A stretch of DNA of 64,000 nucleotides, from NCBI GenBank assembly GCA_965224195.1, contig OZ245040.1:1996249-2060248 (forward strand), written 5' to 3'. Source of the stretch: Nitrosopumilus sp. (GTDB lineage: Archaea; Thermoproteota; Nitrososphaeria; Nitrososphaerales; Nitrosopumilaceae). Position numbers and translations under genes: made by a program. The notes under the pieces were generated by a model, which worked only from the letters and a program-made list of their open reading frames with translations, had not been told where the DNA came from and searched no databases. Below are positions 20,749-31,740 of this stretch, in pieces (position 1 is the stretch's first letter; every line of letters begins with the position of its first letter).

Positions 20749-21272
20749 TATACAAACTTCCTAGCCTTCATTCTCTTGATTTTTTCTTGCAATAACATAC
20801 ATCCTTGAATAAGAGTTTCAGGTCTAGGTGGGCAACCTGGAACATATACATCAACTGGAATTACTCCGTCAATTCCTGGAAGTACATTGTATGAATCAAA
20901 ATACAAACCTCCAGTAATTGCACAAGCTCCCATAGCAATTACATACTTTGGTTCTGGCATTTGATCGTAAACTAATCTGAGACGTGGTGCCATTTTTCTT
21001 GTAATGGTTCCTTGTACAACTACAAGATCACATTGTCTAAGTGAACCAAATGCTTCAATGATACCAAATCTTTCAACATCATATCGTGGACTTGATGCTG
21101 CACCAAATTCTACACTGCAACAAGCTGTTTCAATATGAACAGGCCAGAGTGACCAAATTCTACCCCAGTTAATGGCATATCCCAATGGTTTATCAATTGC
21201 TTTTTCTAAAATATCTCCTAACTTTCCGATAAAGACATTTGCGTTTTCTGGTGTAACTAAATCTTTAAGCAA
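20748..21272 (-). CDS. nuoB: Complex I subunit B
   Basis: TACCSVE, MGACA, DVYVPGCPPRPE. Confidence 0.96.
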   Translation of the reverse strand: MLKDLVTPENANVFIGKLGDILEKAIDKPLGYAINWGRIWSLWPVHIETACCSVEFGAASSPRYDVERFGIIEAFGSLRQCDLVVVQGTITRKMAPRLRLVYDQMPEPKYVIAMGACAITGGLYFDSYNVLPGIDGVIPVDVYVPGCPPRPETLIQGCMLLQEKIKRMKARKFV

Positions 21273-21312
21273 TCTTATCCCCTATCCTCGTAAATACAAT
21301 TTATATAAAAAA

Positions 21313-21687
21313 CTACCATATTCTTCTTCTCCCAGATTGATACAAAGCAAATGCCATTGCTCCAAACATAATAGCTAAAAATCCCATCATCGGTAAAGTT
21401 GCCATCTTTGGAATTTCTAATAGTGCACTACCCCATGCATACAAGAAAATTGCCATCACATCAAATACTACAAACATCAGAATATACGGATAATACTGCA
21501 TCATGAAATGAGTTCTACCTTCACCAGTTGGAACTTGTCCACATTCCATTGGAAGGAATTTTACTGGATTGCTTCTTTTTCGCGGAGAAATCATTCTTGA
21601 AATAATTAAAGCTGGAGCCATTGCTACTACGGCAAAGCCAAACATCAATACAACGGTACTATAATTGCCCGCTAATTCCCCGACCAA
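21313..21687 (-). CDS. nuoA: Complex I subunit A
   Basis: MECGQ, YILMFVVFDV, three TM helices. Confidence 0.95.
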   Translation of the reverse strand: MVGELAGNYSTVVLMFGFAVVAMAPALIISRMISPRKRSNPVKFLPMECGQVPTGEGRTHFMMQYYPYILMFVVFDVMAIFLYAWGSALLEIPKMATLPMMGFLAIMFGAMAFALYQSGRRRIW

Positions 21688-21800
21688 TTTAGCTTTTCAC
21701 TCCAATTTTTGTATAAAAAGGTATGTTTCGTTTTTGGGATCAATTTTTTAAAAAAAATATTTTTGTAAAGAACTTAATAGGATAACCTCAAATCGCGATC

Positions 21801-22265
21801 ATGTCAGTAAATGTAGGAGATATTGCTCCAGATTTTGAACTTGCAGACACTGAATTAAAACTGAGGAATTTGGATGAATTTAAAGGTGGAAAAATAGTAT
21901 TATCTTTCATAGTCGCAGCAAGTTCTCCTGTATGTGAAGTAGAACTTTGTTCATTTAGAGATTCTTGGAAAGAAATTTCAGATTTAGGAGCTAAAGTCAT
22001 AGCAATTAGTAATGATGGCCCATTTGCAAACAAGGCGTTTGCAGAAAAAAATAACTTTAACTTTCCATTATTAGCTGATTATACTAGTAAAACAATTCGA
22101 GATTATGATATTTTGATGCCAGATTTACTTCACATTAAAGATTACAATGCTGCAAAACGTTCAATTTTCATCATCAATGAAGATGGAAAAATTGGTTACA
22201 AATGGGTTTCAGAAGATCCATTAAAAGAACCAAACTATGAAGAAATTAAAAATTTCTTAAAATAA
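21801..22265 (+). CDS. Peroxiredoxin (AhpC/TSA, BCP-like)
   Basis: APDFEL, SPVCEVELC, RSIFII. Confidence 0.9.
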   Translation: MSVNVGDIAPDFELADTELKLRNLDEFKGGKIVLSFIVAASSPVCEVELCSFRDSWKEISDLGAKVIAISNDGPFANKAFAEKNNFNFPLLADYTSKTIRDYDILMPDLLHIKDYNAAKRSIFIINEDGKIGYKWVSEDPLKEPNYEEIKNFLK

Positions 22266-22270
22266 AAAAT

Positions 22271-22783
22271 TTATTCTATTTCTGCAACAACGTCGCCTTT
22301 AGCAACAGTTCCAGTTTCTTTGACTTTAATTGTTTTTACAACTCCATCTTTATGAGATTTTATAGCAACTTGCATTTTCATAGATTCTAAAATACACACT
22401 ACATCTCCTTTCTTTACAAAATCACCTTCTGCAACAGATATGGATACAACTTTACCAGGAATTTGGCTTTTCAAAGCTAATTGTGCATTGCCAGAACCAC
22501 CTCCACCCGAATTTTTGTAAACAATTTCATCAAAGTGCGTGTGTAAGTTTAGTGTGATTGGAACATTATCAATTACAATATTCATTTCATTTGTAGATTG
22601 ATCCAAATATTTTGCTTTGTGATATTTATTATCTAAAACAAATTCAATTCCATTAGAATTCATTGATATAATTTTTAAATTATGTTCGTTGTCGTTAATT
22701 TTAACTACATAGTCATTATTTCCAAGATTCTCTACAATCTTTCCATCAAATGATTTTTCAATATCTTGTATTTTATAATTCAT
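22271..22783 (-). CDS. accB: Biotin carboxyl carrier protein of acetyl/propionyl-CoA carboxylase
   Basis: ESMKM biotinylation motif. Confidence 0.93.
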   Translation of the reverse strand: MNYKIQDIEKSFDGKIVENLGNNDYVVKINDNEHNLKIISMNSNGIEFVLDNKYHKAKYLDQSTNEMNIVIDNVPITLNLHTHFDEIVYKNSGGGGSGNAQLALKSQIPGKVVSISVAEGDFVKKGDVVCILESMKMQVAIKSHKDGVVKTIKVKETGTVAKGDVVAEIE

Positions 22784-22789
22784 GTATCA

Positions 22790-24277
22790 TCAATCCAGTT
22801 TGTATTTCCAATTAGAATTATTGGCAATACTATTTTGAGCTCTGCTCTTAAAGTATTCAGAATGAATGATTGCTGCTGCTAATGCAGCCTCACTTTTTTC
22901 TTCTTTTTCTTTTTTAAGATCTTCAGTTAGTCTATCAATCATATCATAGCGTTTTAGAAAGTCTGTAGAAAGATCACCATTTTTGTATTCATCAGAATTG
23001 AGAATTGTTTTGTAAAGAGGTATTAAGGTTTCAACTCCCTGAATGTAAAAGTCATTTAGTGCAGCAAGCATTCTTGTTCTTGATTCTTCAAATGTTTGCC
23101 CCCAAGTAACGAGTTTTGCCATAAGAGAATCATAAAATGGAGAAACAGTACAACCAGGATAAAGATAGGTATCACATCTAACACTTGGTCCAGCTGGAAT
23201 TGTAACATCAGGTACAGGTCCTGTGGATGGAGCAAAGTCTAGGAAAGTATCTTCCGCATTAATTCTACATTCAATAGCATAGCCATTCATTTTAAGATCA
23301 CTTTGTTTGAATTGAATTGCCTCACCATTTGCAATATCTAGTTGTAATTTGACCAAGTCTAATCCAGAAACAAATTCTGTAATTGGATGTTCTACTTGTA
23401 ATCTAGCATTAATTTCAATAAAATAAAATTCACCATTATCAGCCCTAAGAAATTCAGCAGTACCCAAATTGGTATACCCTACTGCATCAGCAGCTCTACA
23501 GACAGATTCGCCTACACGTGCTCGTGTTTCTTCATCAACAATAGGTGAAGGAGTTTGTTCGATTAATTTTTGGTTACGTCGTTGAATGGAGCATTCTCTT
23601 TCAAAGATATGTACAGTGTTACCATGAATATCTCTAGCAAATTGATATTCAATATGTCGTGTTTTTTCTAAATATTTTTCTACAAGAATTGCAGATTTGC
23701 CAACGGCTGCAATTGATTCACCAGTAACGGATTCAAAGCCATCTTGCAATTCTTTATCATTAGTTACAATTCGAATTCCACGACCTCCACCACCATATAC
23801 TGACTTTAACATTACAGGGTATCCAATTTCATTTGCAATCTTTTCTGCTTCATCTGCATCTTTTACGAGGTCAGGACTTCCAGGTACTGTTGGAACTTTT
23901 GCTTTAAGCATTGCATCTTTACATTTCATTTTATCTCCACAGAGATTCATAGATTCTGCAGTAGGACCAATAAAGGTAATTTTATTTTTCTCACATAGAT
24001 TTGCAAAATCATCATTTTCTGAAAGAAAACCATAACCTGGATGTACAGCATCAGTTCCTGATTTGTGCATCACCTCAAGAATTTTATCTTGATTAAGATA
24101 TGATTTTGCAGGAGCTGCTTCACCAATATGATATGCTTCAGTAGCTTGTTTGACATGCATTGAATTTCGATCTTCATCAGAATAAACAGCAACTGTCTTA
24201 ATTCCGAGTGCTTTGCATGTTCTAATTACACGTAAGGCAATTTCTCCCCTGTTTGCGATAAGTACTTTTTCAATCAT
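22790..24277 (-). CDS. accC: Biotin carboxylase subunit
   Basis: IANRGEIA, HPGYGFLSEN, RECSIQRRNQK, RLQVEHP. Confidence 0.96.
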   Translation of the reverse strand: MIEKVLIANRGEIALRVIRTCKALGIKTVAVYSDEDRNSMHVKQATEAYHIGEAAPAKSYLNQDKILEVMHKSGTDAVHPGYGFLSENDDFANLCEKNKITFIGPTAESMNLCGDKMKCKDAMLKAKVPTVPGSPDLVKDADEAEKIANEIGYPVMLKSVYGGGGRGIRIVTNDKELQDGFESVTGESIAAVGKSAILVEKYLEKTRHIEYQFARDIHGNTVHIFERECSIQRRNQKLIEQTPSPIVDEETRARVGESVCRAADAVGYTNLGTAEFLRADNGEFYFIEINARLQVEHPITEFVSGLDLVKLQLDIANGEAIQFKQSDLKMNGYAIECRINAEDTFLDFAPSTGPVPDVTIPAGPSVRCDTYLYPGCTVSPFYDSLMAKLVTWGQTFEESRTRMLAALNDFYIQGVETLIPLYKTILNSDEYKNGDLSTDFLKRYDMIDRLTEDLKKEKEEKSEAALAAAIIHSEYFKSRAQNSIANNSNWKYKLD

Positions 24278-24283
24278 ATCTAA

Positions 24284-25831
24284 TCACAAATTGATATTCC
24301 CATGTTTTCTTGGTAATTGTTTTACTCTTTTGTTTTCTAACATTTCGAGTGCTTTAATCAACATAGGTCTTGTTTCAGCAGGATCAATTACATTATCCAC
24401 AGTTCCGTGAGATGCTGCAACGTAAGGATTTTCAAATTTTTCTGTAAATTCATCGATTAACTGTTTTTTTAGTGCTTCAGCATCTTCAGCTTCACTAAGA
24501 TCTTTTCTATACATGATTTTTACAGCAGCCTCTCCACCCAATACGGCACATCGTGCAGTAGGCCATGCATAATTAATGTCAGTTCTGAGATTTTTACTTC
24601 CCATTGCAATGTATGCACCACCATATGCTTTACCAATAACTAAAGTAATTCTTGGAACAGTTGCTTCACAATATGCATAAAGTAACTTACTTCCATGTCT
24701 AATGATGCCATTATGTTCTTGATTTGAACCCGGCATGTATCCAGGGGTATCCACTAAAGTAATGATTGGAACATTAAATGAATCACAGAATCGAATGAAA
24801 CGTGCTGCTTTGTTTGATGAATCAATGTCAAGTGCACCTGCAAGTACAATAGGTTGATTTGCAACAATTCCAACTACCTTACCATTCAGTCTTCCAAAAC
24901 CAACAACAATATTTGCAGCAAACAATTCATGGACTTCAAAGAATTCATGATTATCAACAATTGAGTTTATGATTTCTTTCATATCATATGGTTGCAAAGG
25001 ATTTTCGGGAATGATATTGATCAAATTATGATCCATTCTGTTTGGATCGTCATCAGTTTCAATTTTTGGTGGTGCTTCAGTATTATTTTGAGGTAAATAT
25101 GAAATTAGTTTTTTAATGTAATCCATACATTCGTATTCATTTTGTGCAACAAAATGCGCAACACCGCTTTTTGAACCATGGGTCATTGCTCCACCAAGAT
25201 CATCAAATGAAATTTCTTCTCCTAATACAGTCTTGACAACATCAGGTCCTGTGACAAACATTGTTCCTACTTTTTCAACCATAATTACAAAGTCAGTCAT
25301 TGCAGGAGAGTAAACAGAACCACCTGCTGATGGGCCAATACTTGCAGTGATTTGTGGAATTACGCCAGAAGCTAATTGATTGTGATAAAAGATATCTGCA
25401 AATCCATCAAGACTCATTATTCCTTCCTGAATTCTAGCTCCACCAGAATCCATTATACCAATTATTGGACACCCAGTTTGAACTGCATGATCCATTAGTT
25501 TACATATTTTTTTAGCACCCATTTGACTTAGTGTTCCACCAAGTACAGTGAAATCATAAGCAAAGACAAAGATTTGTCTACCATCTACATTTCCATAACC
25601 ACCAATTACTCCATCGGTAAAAAATTTCTTTTTTTGCATGTCATATTCGTGATAATGATGTGTTGTTAATGGATCAATTTCAGTAAAAGTTCCTTCATCA
25701 AGTAAAAGGTGAATTCTTTCACGAGCAGTTAATTTACCCTTATCGTGTTGAGCCTTAATTCTATCTTGACCCCCACCTTGTAATGCTGTATTATTTTTTT
25801 TAGTATACCCTTCAATCTTTTCAGAATGCAC
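24284..25831 (-). CDS. pccB: Carboxyltransferase subunit of acetyl/propionyl-CoA carboxylase (3HP/4HB cycle)
   Basis: GKLTARERI, DSGGARIQEG, KAYGGAY, C-terminal RKHGNINL. Confidence 0.95.
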   Translation of the reverse strand: MHSEKIEGYTKKNNTALQGGGQDRIKAQHDKGKLTARERIHLLLDEGTFTEIDPLTTHHYHEYDMQKKKFFTDGVIGGYGNVDGRQIFVFAYDFTVLGGTLSQMGAKKICKLMDHAVQTGCPIIGIMDSGGARIQEGIMSLDGFADIFYHNQLASGVIPQITASIGPSAGGSVYSPAMTDFVIMVEKVGTMFVTGPDVVKTVLGEEISFDDLGGAMTHGSKSGVAHFVAQNEYECMDYIKKLISYLPQNNTEAPPKIETDDDPNRMDHNLINIIPENPLQPYDMKEIINSIVDNHEFFEVHELFAANIVVGFGRLNGKVVGIVANQPIVLAGALDIDSSNKAARFIRFCDSFNVPIITLVDTPGYMPGSNQEHNGIIRHGSKLLYAYCEATVPRITLVIGKAYGGAYIAMGSKNLRTDINYAWPTARCAVLGGEAAVKIMYRKDLSEAEDAEALKKQLIDEFTEKFENPYVAASHGTVDNVIDPAETRPMLIKALEMLENKRVKQLPRKHGNINL

Positions 25832-25933
25832 AGTATTCTAAAGCATGAAGGTTTCCTATATTAATTTAATTTGAAATAAACAAGATATGAAATTTTTACA
25901 AAAATTCAAAGATCATTGTTTTTTTTTAGAGTT

Positions 25934-26245
25934 TCAGGAGTTTAGAAGTGGAAATTTCTTCTTTACTGATTTTTGATAAGAGCTAAATGCATCTTTTTCC
26001 TCACTACATTTCTTACAGATGCATAATTGAGAGACATTTGAAATATCACAAATTTTTTGGAATTCACATTGAGGGCAACCTGCAGGAGCCCCACATACTA
26101 TACATTGTAATTCGTTAATTTGGGCACATTTTTCATGTTTAACACCCAAACCTTTTGCCCATAAACCAATTTCATTGACAGGAATTTTTTCATTACAAAC
26201 AATACAAGTTCCAGGAAATTTCATAGGAATTTTTCTCCAACTCAT
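25934..26245 (-). CDS. Cys-rich zinc-binding hypothetical protein
   Basis: Multiple CxxC motifs; overlaps the rfcL stop. Confidence 0.8.
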   Translation of the reverse strand: MSWRKIPMKFPGTCIVCNEKIPVNEIGLWAKGLGVKHEKCAQINELQCIVCGAPAGCPQCEFQKICDISNVSQLCICKKCSEEKDAFSSYQKSVKKKFPLLNS

Positions 26246-27399
26246 TTTATTAGTTCAATCTCCTTTTCAATAATATCCCCAAATGTTTCTTCTAATTCCA
26301 ATTCAAGAGTTTTATTTTTGATACAAAGCAAAACATATGGCAAACATAAAGTTACAAAAGAACTAGAAGACAAATGTAATTTTCTTGCCATAACATTAGA
26401 TAGTGATTTTATTTTTGCACCATCCCAACGAATTCTATTCAGTAAAGGCCACGATAAATTGTATTTGGCATATCTTATTCTATCATCATTTTGATATAAT
26501 TTAATTAAAGTGTCATTCAAATATCTAAGCAATCTCCAATTTTGTGTTTTCATTATTCTTCCAAAAAGCATGTCTGCTGTAGATATTATTTCTAAATATT
26601 TTGCAAGTGTTTGAGTATCTAACTCACTAGTAATAATACTAGAATAGAATGCGTTGATTTTTTCCCTGGGATCAATTTGCATTGAATAAAGAACACTACG
26701 AGCTTCTTCAATTGAATTGGCTTTAAAGAAAGCATTTACTCCATCTTCAACATTCACACTCTCAAAAAATTGTTCAGTTTGAGGATTAAATCCAGTTACA
26801 AAAGACTGGGTAAGATTAATCATTGAACGAATATCACCTTTAGATTTGTTAATTACTTTAATTAAAGAACCAGGACTAAGTTTTGCACTTTGTTTTTTCA
26901 AAATATTTTCAAGATATACTCTTAATAATCTAGGAGGGATTTTTTTAAATTGAATTGTTTTTACAACTTTTTTGATACTTTTCATTTTATCAGAAACATC
27001 GCTGTTTGCAGCAAGAACAATTGGAACTGTAGGTTCTTTTAGAATATCAACAAGTGCAGACGCACCACCATAATCACCCCTACCATGAATGCCATCTACT
27101 TCATCCACAAAAATTATCGGAGTTCCTAAAACACTTACATTTCCTAAAACAGGCATGAGAATTTCATTTATTCTCGATTTACTTCTAACATCACTGGCGT
27201 TAAGTCCAATCATATCATATCCAAATTGTTTAGCAACAAGATATGCTATGGTAGTTTTTCCTATTCCAGGAGGACCTACTAAAAGCAATGGCTTTGTACC
27301 TTTTTTCCATTTTACAAACCATTCAGTTATTGCTGCTCGGGCTTCTTCATTTCCAACCATATCAGAAATTATCTGAGGTCGGTATTTTTCAGACCACAT
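26242..27399 (-). CDS. rfcL: Replication factor C large subunit
   Basis: WSEKYRP, GPPGIGKTT, LNASDVR, DEVDG, GDIRS. Confidence 0.92.
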   Translation of the reverse strand: MWSEKYRPQIISDMVGNEEARAAITEWFVKWKKGTKPLLLVGPPGIGKTTIAYLVAKQFGYDMIGLNASDVRSKSRINEILMPVLGNVSVLGTPIIFVDEVDGIHGRGDYGGASALVDILKEPTVPIVLAANSDVSDKMKSIKKVVKTIQFKKIPPRLLRVYLENILKKQSAKLSPGSLIKVINKSKGDIRSMINLTQSFVTGFNPQTEQFFESVNVEDGVNAFFKANSIEEARSVLYSMQIDPREKINAFYSSIITSELDTQTLAKYLEIISTADMLFGRIMKTQNWRLLRYLNDTLIKLYQNDDRIRYAKYNLSWPLLNRIRWDGAKIKSLSNVMARKLHLSSSSFVTLCLPYVLLCIKNKTLELELEETFGDIIEKEIELIK

Positions 27400-27407
27400 C
27401 AATATTA

Positions 27408-28523
27408 TCACTTAGGAAGTTTAGATTGATACTCTGACCATTTGTTGGCTTTTTGTAATTTATTGTACCAATATTGATTGTAATGTTCAACAGTCAAAAA
27501 TAAGAATTCTAAAAATTCTTTATGAGAAAAATCATCAGGCAGCAATTCAAGTGTAAGCCTTGCATCTTGTAAATACAAATTACTTTTTTCTATAGTAACT
27601 TCGAATCCTTTTTTCACATCATTTGCTAATAATGAATAGTAAAGTGGCCAAGAAGGTATTTTTACAAATCCATTTTTAATAGAATCTTCAATTTCATTTC
27701 CACATCCAACACCTTCAGCAGCTCTTGCCATACCTAAATAGAAAATTTCTCCCAAAGGTCTTTCTGCCAAAGCCATATTTCTTCCAGCAGTTCCCATAAC
27801 GGCACGATATTTTTTGTAAGATAAAGTCATCTCTTCTTCAGTAATTTCAGTTGGTTTTGATTTTAATTTTTCATCTAAATATTGTCCAATTCTTGCATCT
27901 TCAAAACCTGCTTCAAATTCTTTTAAAACTTGTTCACCGCCTTTTGAAATTTTATCTCTAGCCAATTTCAAAATGTATGGATTCATTAGCTTGTAATCAT
28001 CAAGAAATTCTAAATCTTCGTCTTTGTCTACAATTCTATCCATAGGCTCACTTAGATCAATTGCAAGAATATGTCCTTCAACCATATCTTGCTTTAATTG
28101 AGGATCATCTCTTCCAGAATATTCTGCTGCTGCATCAAATAATCCATTAAAAACAGGAAAAGTCATTTTTACAAAATTTGAATTTAAAATTCGGTTTACT
28201 CTATCTTGCATTACTTCAAGACTATCTAATTTGGATTTTATAGGCTCAATTTCAGATGCATTTAAGATAATTTCAGTAGAGCCTACTTCATTACCAAATG
28301 CTTGCTGAGTGGCATTTGGATTAGTATCAGATTGTATCTCATGCAACAACCCTTTTGCAAATCTTTCTGCAAAATTCGGGAATTGTTTTTCAGTTTCTTC
28401 TTTGTATTTGTTAAATAATTTGTAACCTTTAGATTTGAACAAAGCTTGTTTTATAATCTGTTTTCCAGGTTTTGTACTCATCAAAGATTCTTTATTAATT
28501 ACAGATTGATCTTTACCACTCAC
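27408..28523 (-). CDS. Hypothetical protein (371 aa)
   Basis: Long ORF co-oriented with rfcL; no motif recognised. Confidence 0.85.
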   Translation of the reverse strand: MSGKDQSVINKESLMSTKPGKQIIKQALFKSKGYKLFNKYKEETEKQFPNFAERFAKGLLHEIQSDTNPNATQQAFGNEVGSTEIILNASEIEPIKSKLDSLEVMQDRVNRILNSNFVKMTFPVFNGLFDAAAEYSGRDDPQLKQDMVEGHILAIDLSEPMDRIVDKDEDLEFLDDYKLMNPYILKLARDKISKGGEQVLKEFEAGFEDARIGQYLDEKLKSKPTEITEEEMTLSYKKYRAVMGTAGRNMALAERPLGEIFYLGMARAAEGVGCGNEIEDSIKNGFVKIPSWPLYYSLLANDVKKGFEVTIEKSNLYLQDARLTLELLPDDFSHKEFLEFLFLTVEHYNQYWYNKLQKANKWSEYQSKLPK

Positions 28524-28606
28524 AAACGTTAATCTTTTTTATTGTTATTTATGCTTTCAAACTAAAAATTTTCTTCACTTAAATTACGAGCGACTAGATT
28601 ATCAAC

Positions 28607-29407
28607 ATGGAAGTTTTAGATATTCTTCGTGAAGCTTCAAACAGAATTTATGAAAATGTAAAAGATCTTGCCGGAACAGATGATGCTGCAGGAGATTTTG
28701 GTGTGGGGGCAGGTGGGGATATTTCAAGAAACATAGACATTATTGCTGAAAAAACTGTTTTAGATTATCTAAAGGAAATTAATTTTGAATGTGTAGTATT
28801 AGGTGAAGAGTGTGGACGAGTTGAATTATCAGACAAGCCAAAAGGATTTGTCATCATGGATGCAATAGATGGTTCTGCAAATGCAGTACGAGGTGTTCCT
28901 TTTTTCTGTAGTTCATTAGCATTTGCAACAGAAAATAAGCTTAGTTCAATTACCGATGGGGTTATTACAAATCTCTCAAACGGTGAAATGTATTGGGCAT
29001 CTAAAAATAAAGGTGCATTTTATAACAGTAAACAAATCAAAGTTCACAAAAAAGATCCAATCTACAAAATAGTTGGAATTAACACATCAGGTTCATCAAT
29101 TGAACTAATGAATAAATTACATTCAATTTTTGAAAATCATAATCATACTAGACATTTTGGTGCAAATGCACTTGAAATGGCAATGTTTGCAAGAGGATTG
29201 ATGGATATTTTTATTGATTTAAGAGATAAAATTAGAATTCAAGATATTGCTGCAGGATATGTAATTGTTAAAGAGGCTGGCGGGATGTTATTAGATGCTA
29301 ATTTGAATCCACTTGATGCAGATCTAAGTTATGAGACAAGAGTTTCTTTCATTGCAGCTGCAAATCAAGAAATTCTTGATGAAATAATGTCACAAATCAA
29401 TAATTGA
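28607..29407 (+). CDS. Inositol monophosphatase / FBPase class IV
   Basis: LGEECG, DAIDGSANA, DIAAG. Confidence 0.92.
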   Translation: MEVLDILREASNRIYENVKDLAGTDDAAGDFGVGAGGDISRNIDIIAEKTVLDYLKEINFECVVLGEECGRVELSDKPKGFVIMDAIDGSANAVRGVPFFCSSLAFATENKLSSITDGVITNLSNGEMYWASKNKGAFYNSKQIKVHKKDPIYKIVGINTSGSSIELMNKLHSIFENHNHTRHFGANALEMAMFARGLMDIFIDLRDKIRIQDIAAGYVIVKEAGGMLLDANLNPLDADLSYETRVSFIAAANQEILDEIMSQINN

Positions 29408-29540
29408 ATTTTTAGAATAAAAAATTGTAAATTTGTGAATAGTTTGATAATTTATTTGACATTTTTGAGCTTTCAATAGATCCTGTAAGTCAGATACTAA
29501 GAGAAATATATTTAACCAAAGTCAGGAAAAAACTTCTTGT

Positions 29541-30380
29541 ATGGTAACTGAGATGAAAGCGAAAGTCGTCTATAGAGAGATACTCAAAGAGGATCTGGTA
29601 ATCATCAGATTAGTTCCAGAAAAAGGAATGCCAGAATACAAAACAGGTCAATTTTTAACAATAGGTCTTCCAATTCCTTCAGAAAAAAAAGTTGTTAGAA
29701 GAGCATATTCTATAGCATCACATGCAGAAAATAGAGATTATTTTGAATTTGTAATTAGATGGGTAAGAAAACCACTTCCAGGTCGTGTAACTACTGAATT
29801 ATTTTATCTAAGTGTTGGTGATGAAGTTTCGCTTGGTGATCCAACTGGTGCTGCATTACAAATTAGTGATAAGCTACCTAACGGACAAAAAGATAATAGA
29901 AGAATAATTTGTGTAGGTGGAGGTACAGGTTTAGCACCATTCATTGCATTTGCAAAACATTTTCACGATACTAATGATAAACGAGAAGTGATTGTTCTTC
30001 ATGGGGCAAGTTATGTTGATGAGTTAAGCTACAAACGACTATTGACAGATTTAGAATTAGAAAGCGAAAAAGATAGAGACAAATGGAATTTTAGATACAG
30101 AGCAGCAATCAGTAGACCAAAAGAATTCTTTAATAGATCTTGGAATGGTCATGTAGGCAGAGTTGAATCATTCTTCAAACCAGATAAAAAATCAGGATTA
30201 TCGCCAGTTGAAGAAATGGTAGGTGAGGAACTTTCTCCAGAAAATACCATTATCTACATTTGTGGATATCAAGGAACAATTGATGGTGTAATTGACTATT
30301 TAGGTTCAAAAGATTTTGTTACAGAGCATGAGAAAAAACCAGATGGAAGCTTTGGAATCAAGTTTGAATCTTACGGATAA
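29541..30380 (+). CDS. Ferredoxin/flavodoxin-NADP+ reductase
   Basis: RAYSIAS, GGGTGLAPF, YICG, C-terminal ESYG. Confidence 0.92.
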   Translation: MVTEMKAKVVYREILKEDLVIIRLVPEKGMPEYKTGQFLTIGLPIPSEKKVVRRAYSIASHAENRDYFEFVIRWVRKPLPGRVTTELFYLSVGDEVSLGDPTGAALQISDKLPNGQKDNRRIICVGGGTGLAPFIAFAKHFHDTNDKREVIVLHGASYVDELSYKRLLTDLELESEKDRDKWNFRYRAAISRPKEFFNRSWNGHVGRVESFFKPDKKSGLSPVEEMVGEELSPENTIIYICGYQGTIDGVIDYLGSKDFVTEHEKKPDGSFGIKFESYG

Positions 30381-30481
30381 ATAATTTAGAAACAGTAATT
30401 TTCATTTTTGGGATTTAGATTATAATTATACCTAGTAGAATATACCTGTGGATTTTTATATTGATTATTTTTCACCAAAGC

Positions 30482-30649
30482 ATGGCAAAACTCAAGTGTA
30501 ATGATTATGGATTTGAGTGTGAATTTGTAGCTGAAGGAGAAATGGAAGATGTTATTGACAAGTTTAGAACCCACACAGATAACAAACATGGTATAGATTA
30601 TTCAAAAGAAGCAGTAATGCAATTTCTCTTAAGAAAACAAGGATTATAG
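30482..30649 (+). CDS. DUF1059-type small metal-binding protein
   Basis: CNDYGFECEF...H-x3-KHG. Confidence 0.8.
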   Translation: MAKLKCNDYGFECEFVAEGEMEDVIDKFRTHTDNKHGIDYSKEAVMQFLLRKQGL

Positions 30650-30654
30650 TAAAA

Positions 30655-31740
30655 TTAAGCGTCTAGTCTTTTCATTCTAGCAGATAAAACTGGGAGTTCT
30701 TTTTCTATGATTTTCTCTACTGCAGGAACAATGCCTACTCTAGCTTTTACACTTTCTTCATAAAGTTCTGCGATTTGATCTCTGAATAATAATTTGATTC
30801 CAGGAAGTGCGGTGATTCCTTCATCAACAGTTCTTGGATCAGATAAATCTAGAACGAGTGTACCTTTTTTCTTGTCTTCCATAACTAATCGAATTCTTTC
30901 ATATGTGATTAAGAAGTAATCAGAAGTAGTTGCAACAAAAATAATATCATATTTGGCAAACCCTACTAAAACATCGTTAAAATCAACAGGTGTTCCGCCA
31001 AGAATAGTTGTAAAACCAGTAGCACGCTCTAAACTTCTACTAGATACATCAAAATTAACATCTTTTTTCTTCAAAGTTTTCGCAAGCATTGCTGCAGGCT
31101 CACCTGTACCAATTATCAGCACTTTCTTCTTAGAATCAAGTCCTGCTTTTTCATCAACTAATTTAACGGCTATATCACCTAATGAAATAACATCCTTTGC
31201 TATTCCAGTAGTATCTCTCATTCTAATTGCTAATCGTATTACACTGTCAAATAATTTATTTAAAATATTTCCAGAAACTCCAGCACTCTTTGCATTAGCC
31301 AAAGATTGAACAATTTCATCAAAAATTTCTTGTTTTCCAACTACAACAGAGTCTAATCCAGATGCCAATCGTAATAGATGCAGGTAAACATCATCTCCTT
31401 TGTAAACTTCAAGTGTTTGATCAAAGTGATCAATATCAATTCGTTCTAATGCAGAGAGAGATACCCAAGTATCTTTAATTTGGTTTAACACAAGTGCTTT
31501 GCCTTCGGCTCTTCTTGCATCAGGGGAATCTTCAGTTTCTACATTACTTACTGTAAATATTTCTACACGACTTGCTGTTTGAATAATAATACATTCTTCT
31601 ACGCCAGAAATCTTTTTGAATTCTTCACATGCTACAGCAACATCTTTGAAAGTGAATTTTGATAATGTGTGTAATGGAATATTTTTAAAAGTTACACGTG
31701 CATTTAAAACATCAAAAGATACTTGACCCATACCATTCAC
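30655..31740 (-). CDS. Glutamyl-tRNA reductase-like protein lacking the catalytic Cys
   Basis: HemA fold (HLLRLASGLDS, Rossmann domain) but QTASRVE in place of TCNRxE. Confidence 0.85.
   Translation of the reverse strand: MNGMGQVSFDVLNARVTFKNIPLHTLSKFTFKDVAVACEEFKKISGVEECIIIQTASRVEIFTVSNVETEDSPDARRAEGKALVLNQIKDTWVSLSALERIDIDHFDQTLEVYKGDDVYLHLLRLASGLDSVVVGKQEIFDEIVQSLANAKSAGVSGNILNKLFDSVIRLAIRMRDTTGIAKDVISLGDIAVKLVDEKAGLDSKKKVLIIGTGEPAAMLAKTLKKKDVNFDVSSRSLERATGFTTILGGTPVDFNDVLVGFAKYDIIFVATTSDYFLITYERIRLVMEDKKKGTLVLDLSDPRTVDEGITALPGIKLLFRDQIAELYEESVKARVGIVPAVEKIIEKELPVLSARMKRLDA

Noticed and set aside
11293-21687. Complex I without nuoEFG and with M before L
   Set aside because: Known arrangement in Nitrosopumilus-like archaea; not novel.
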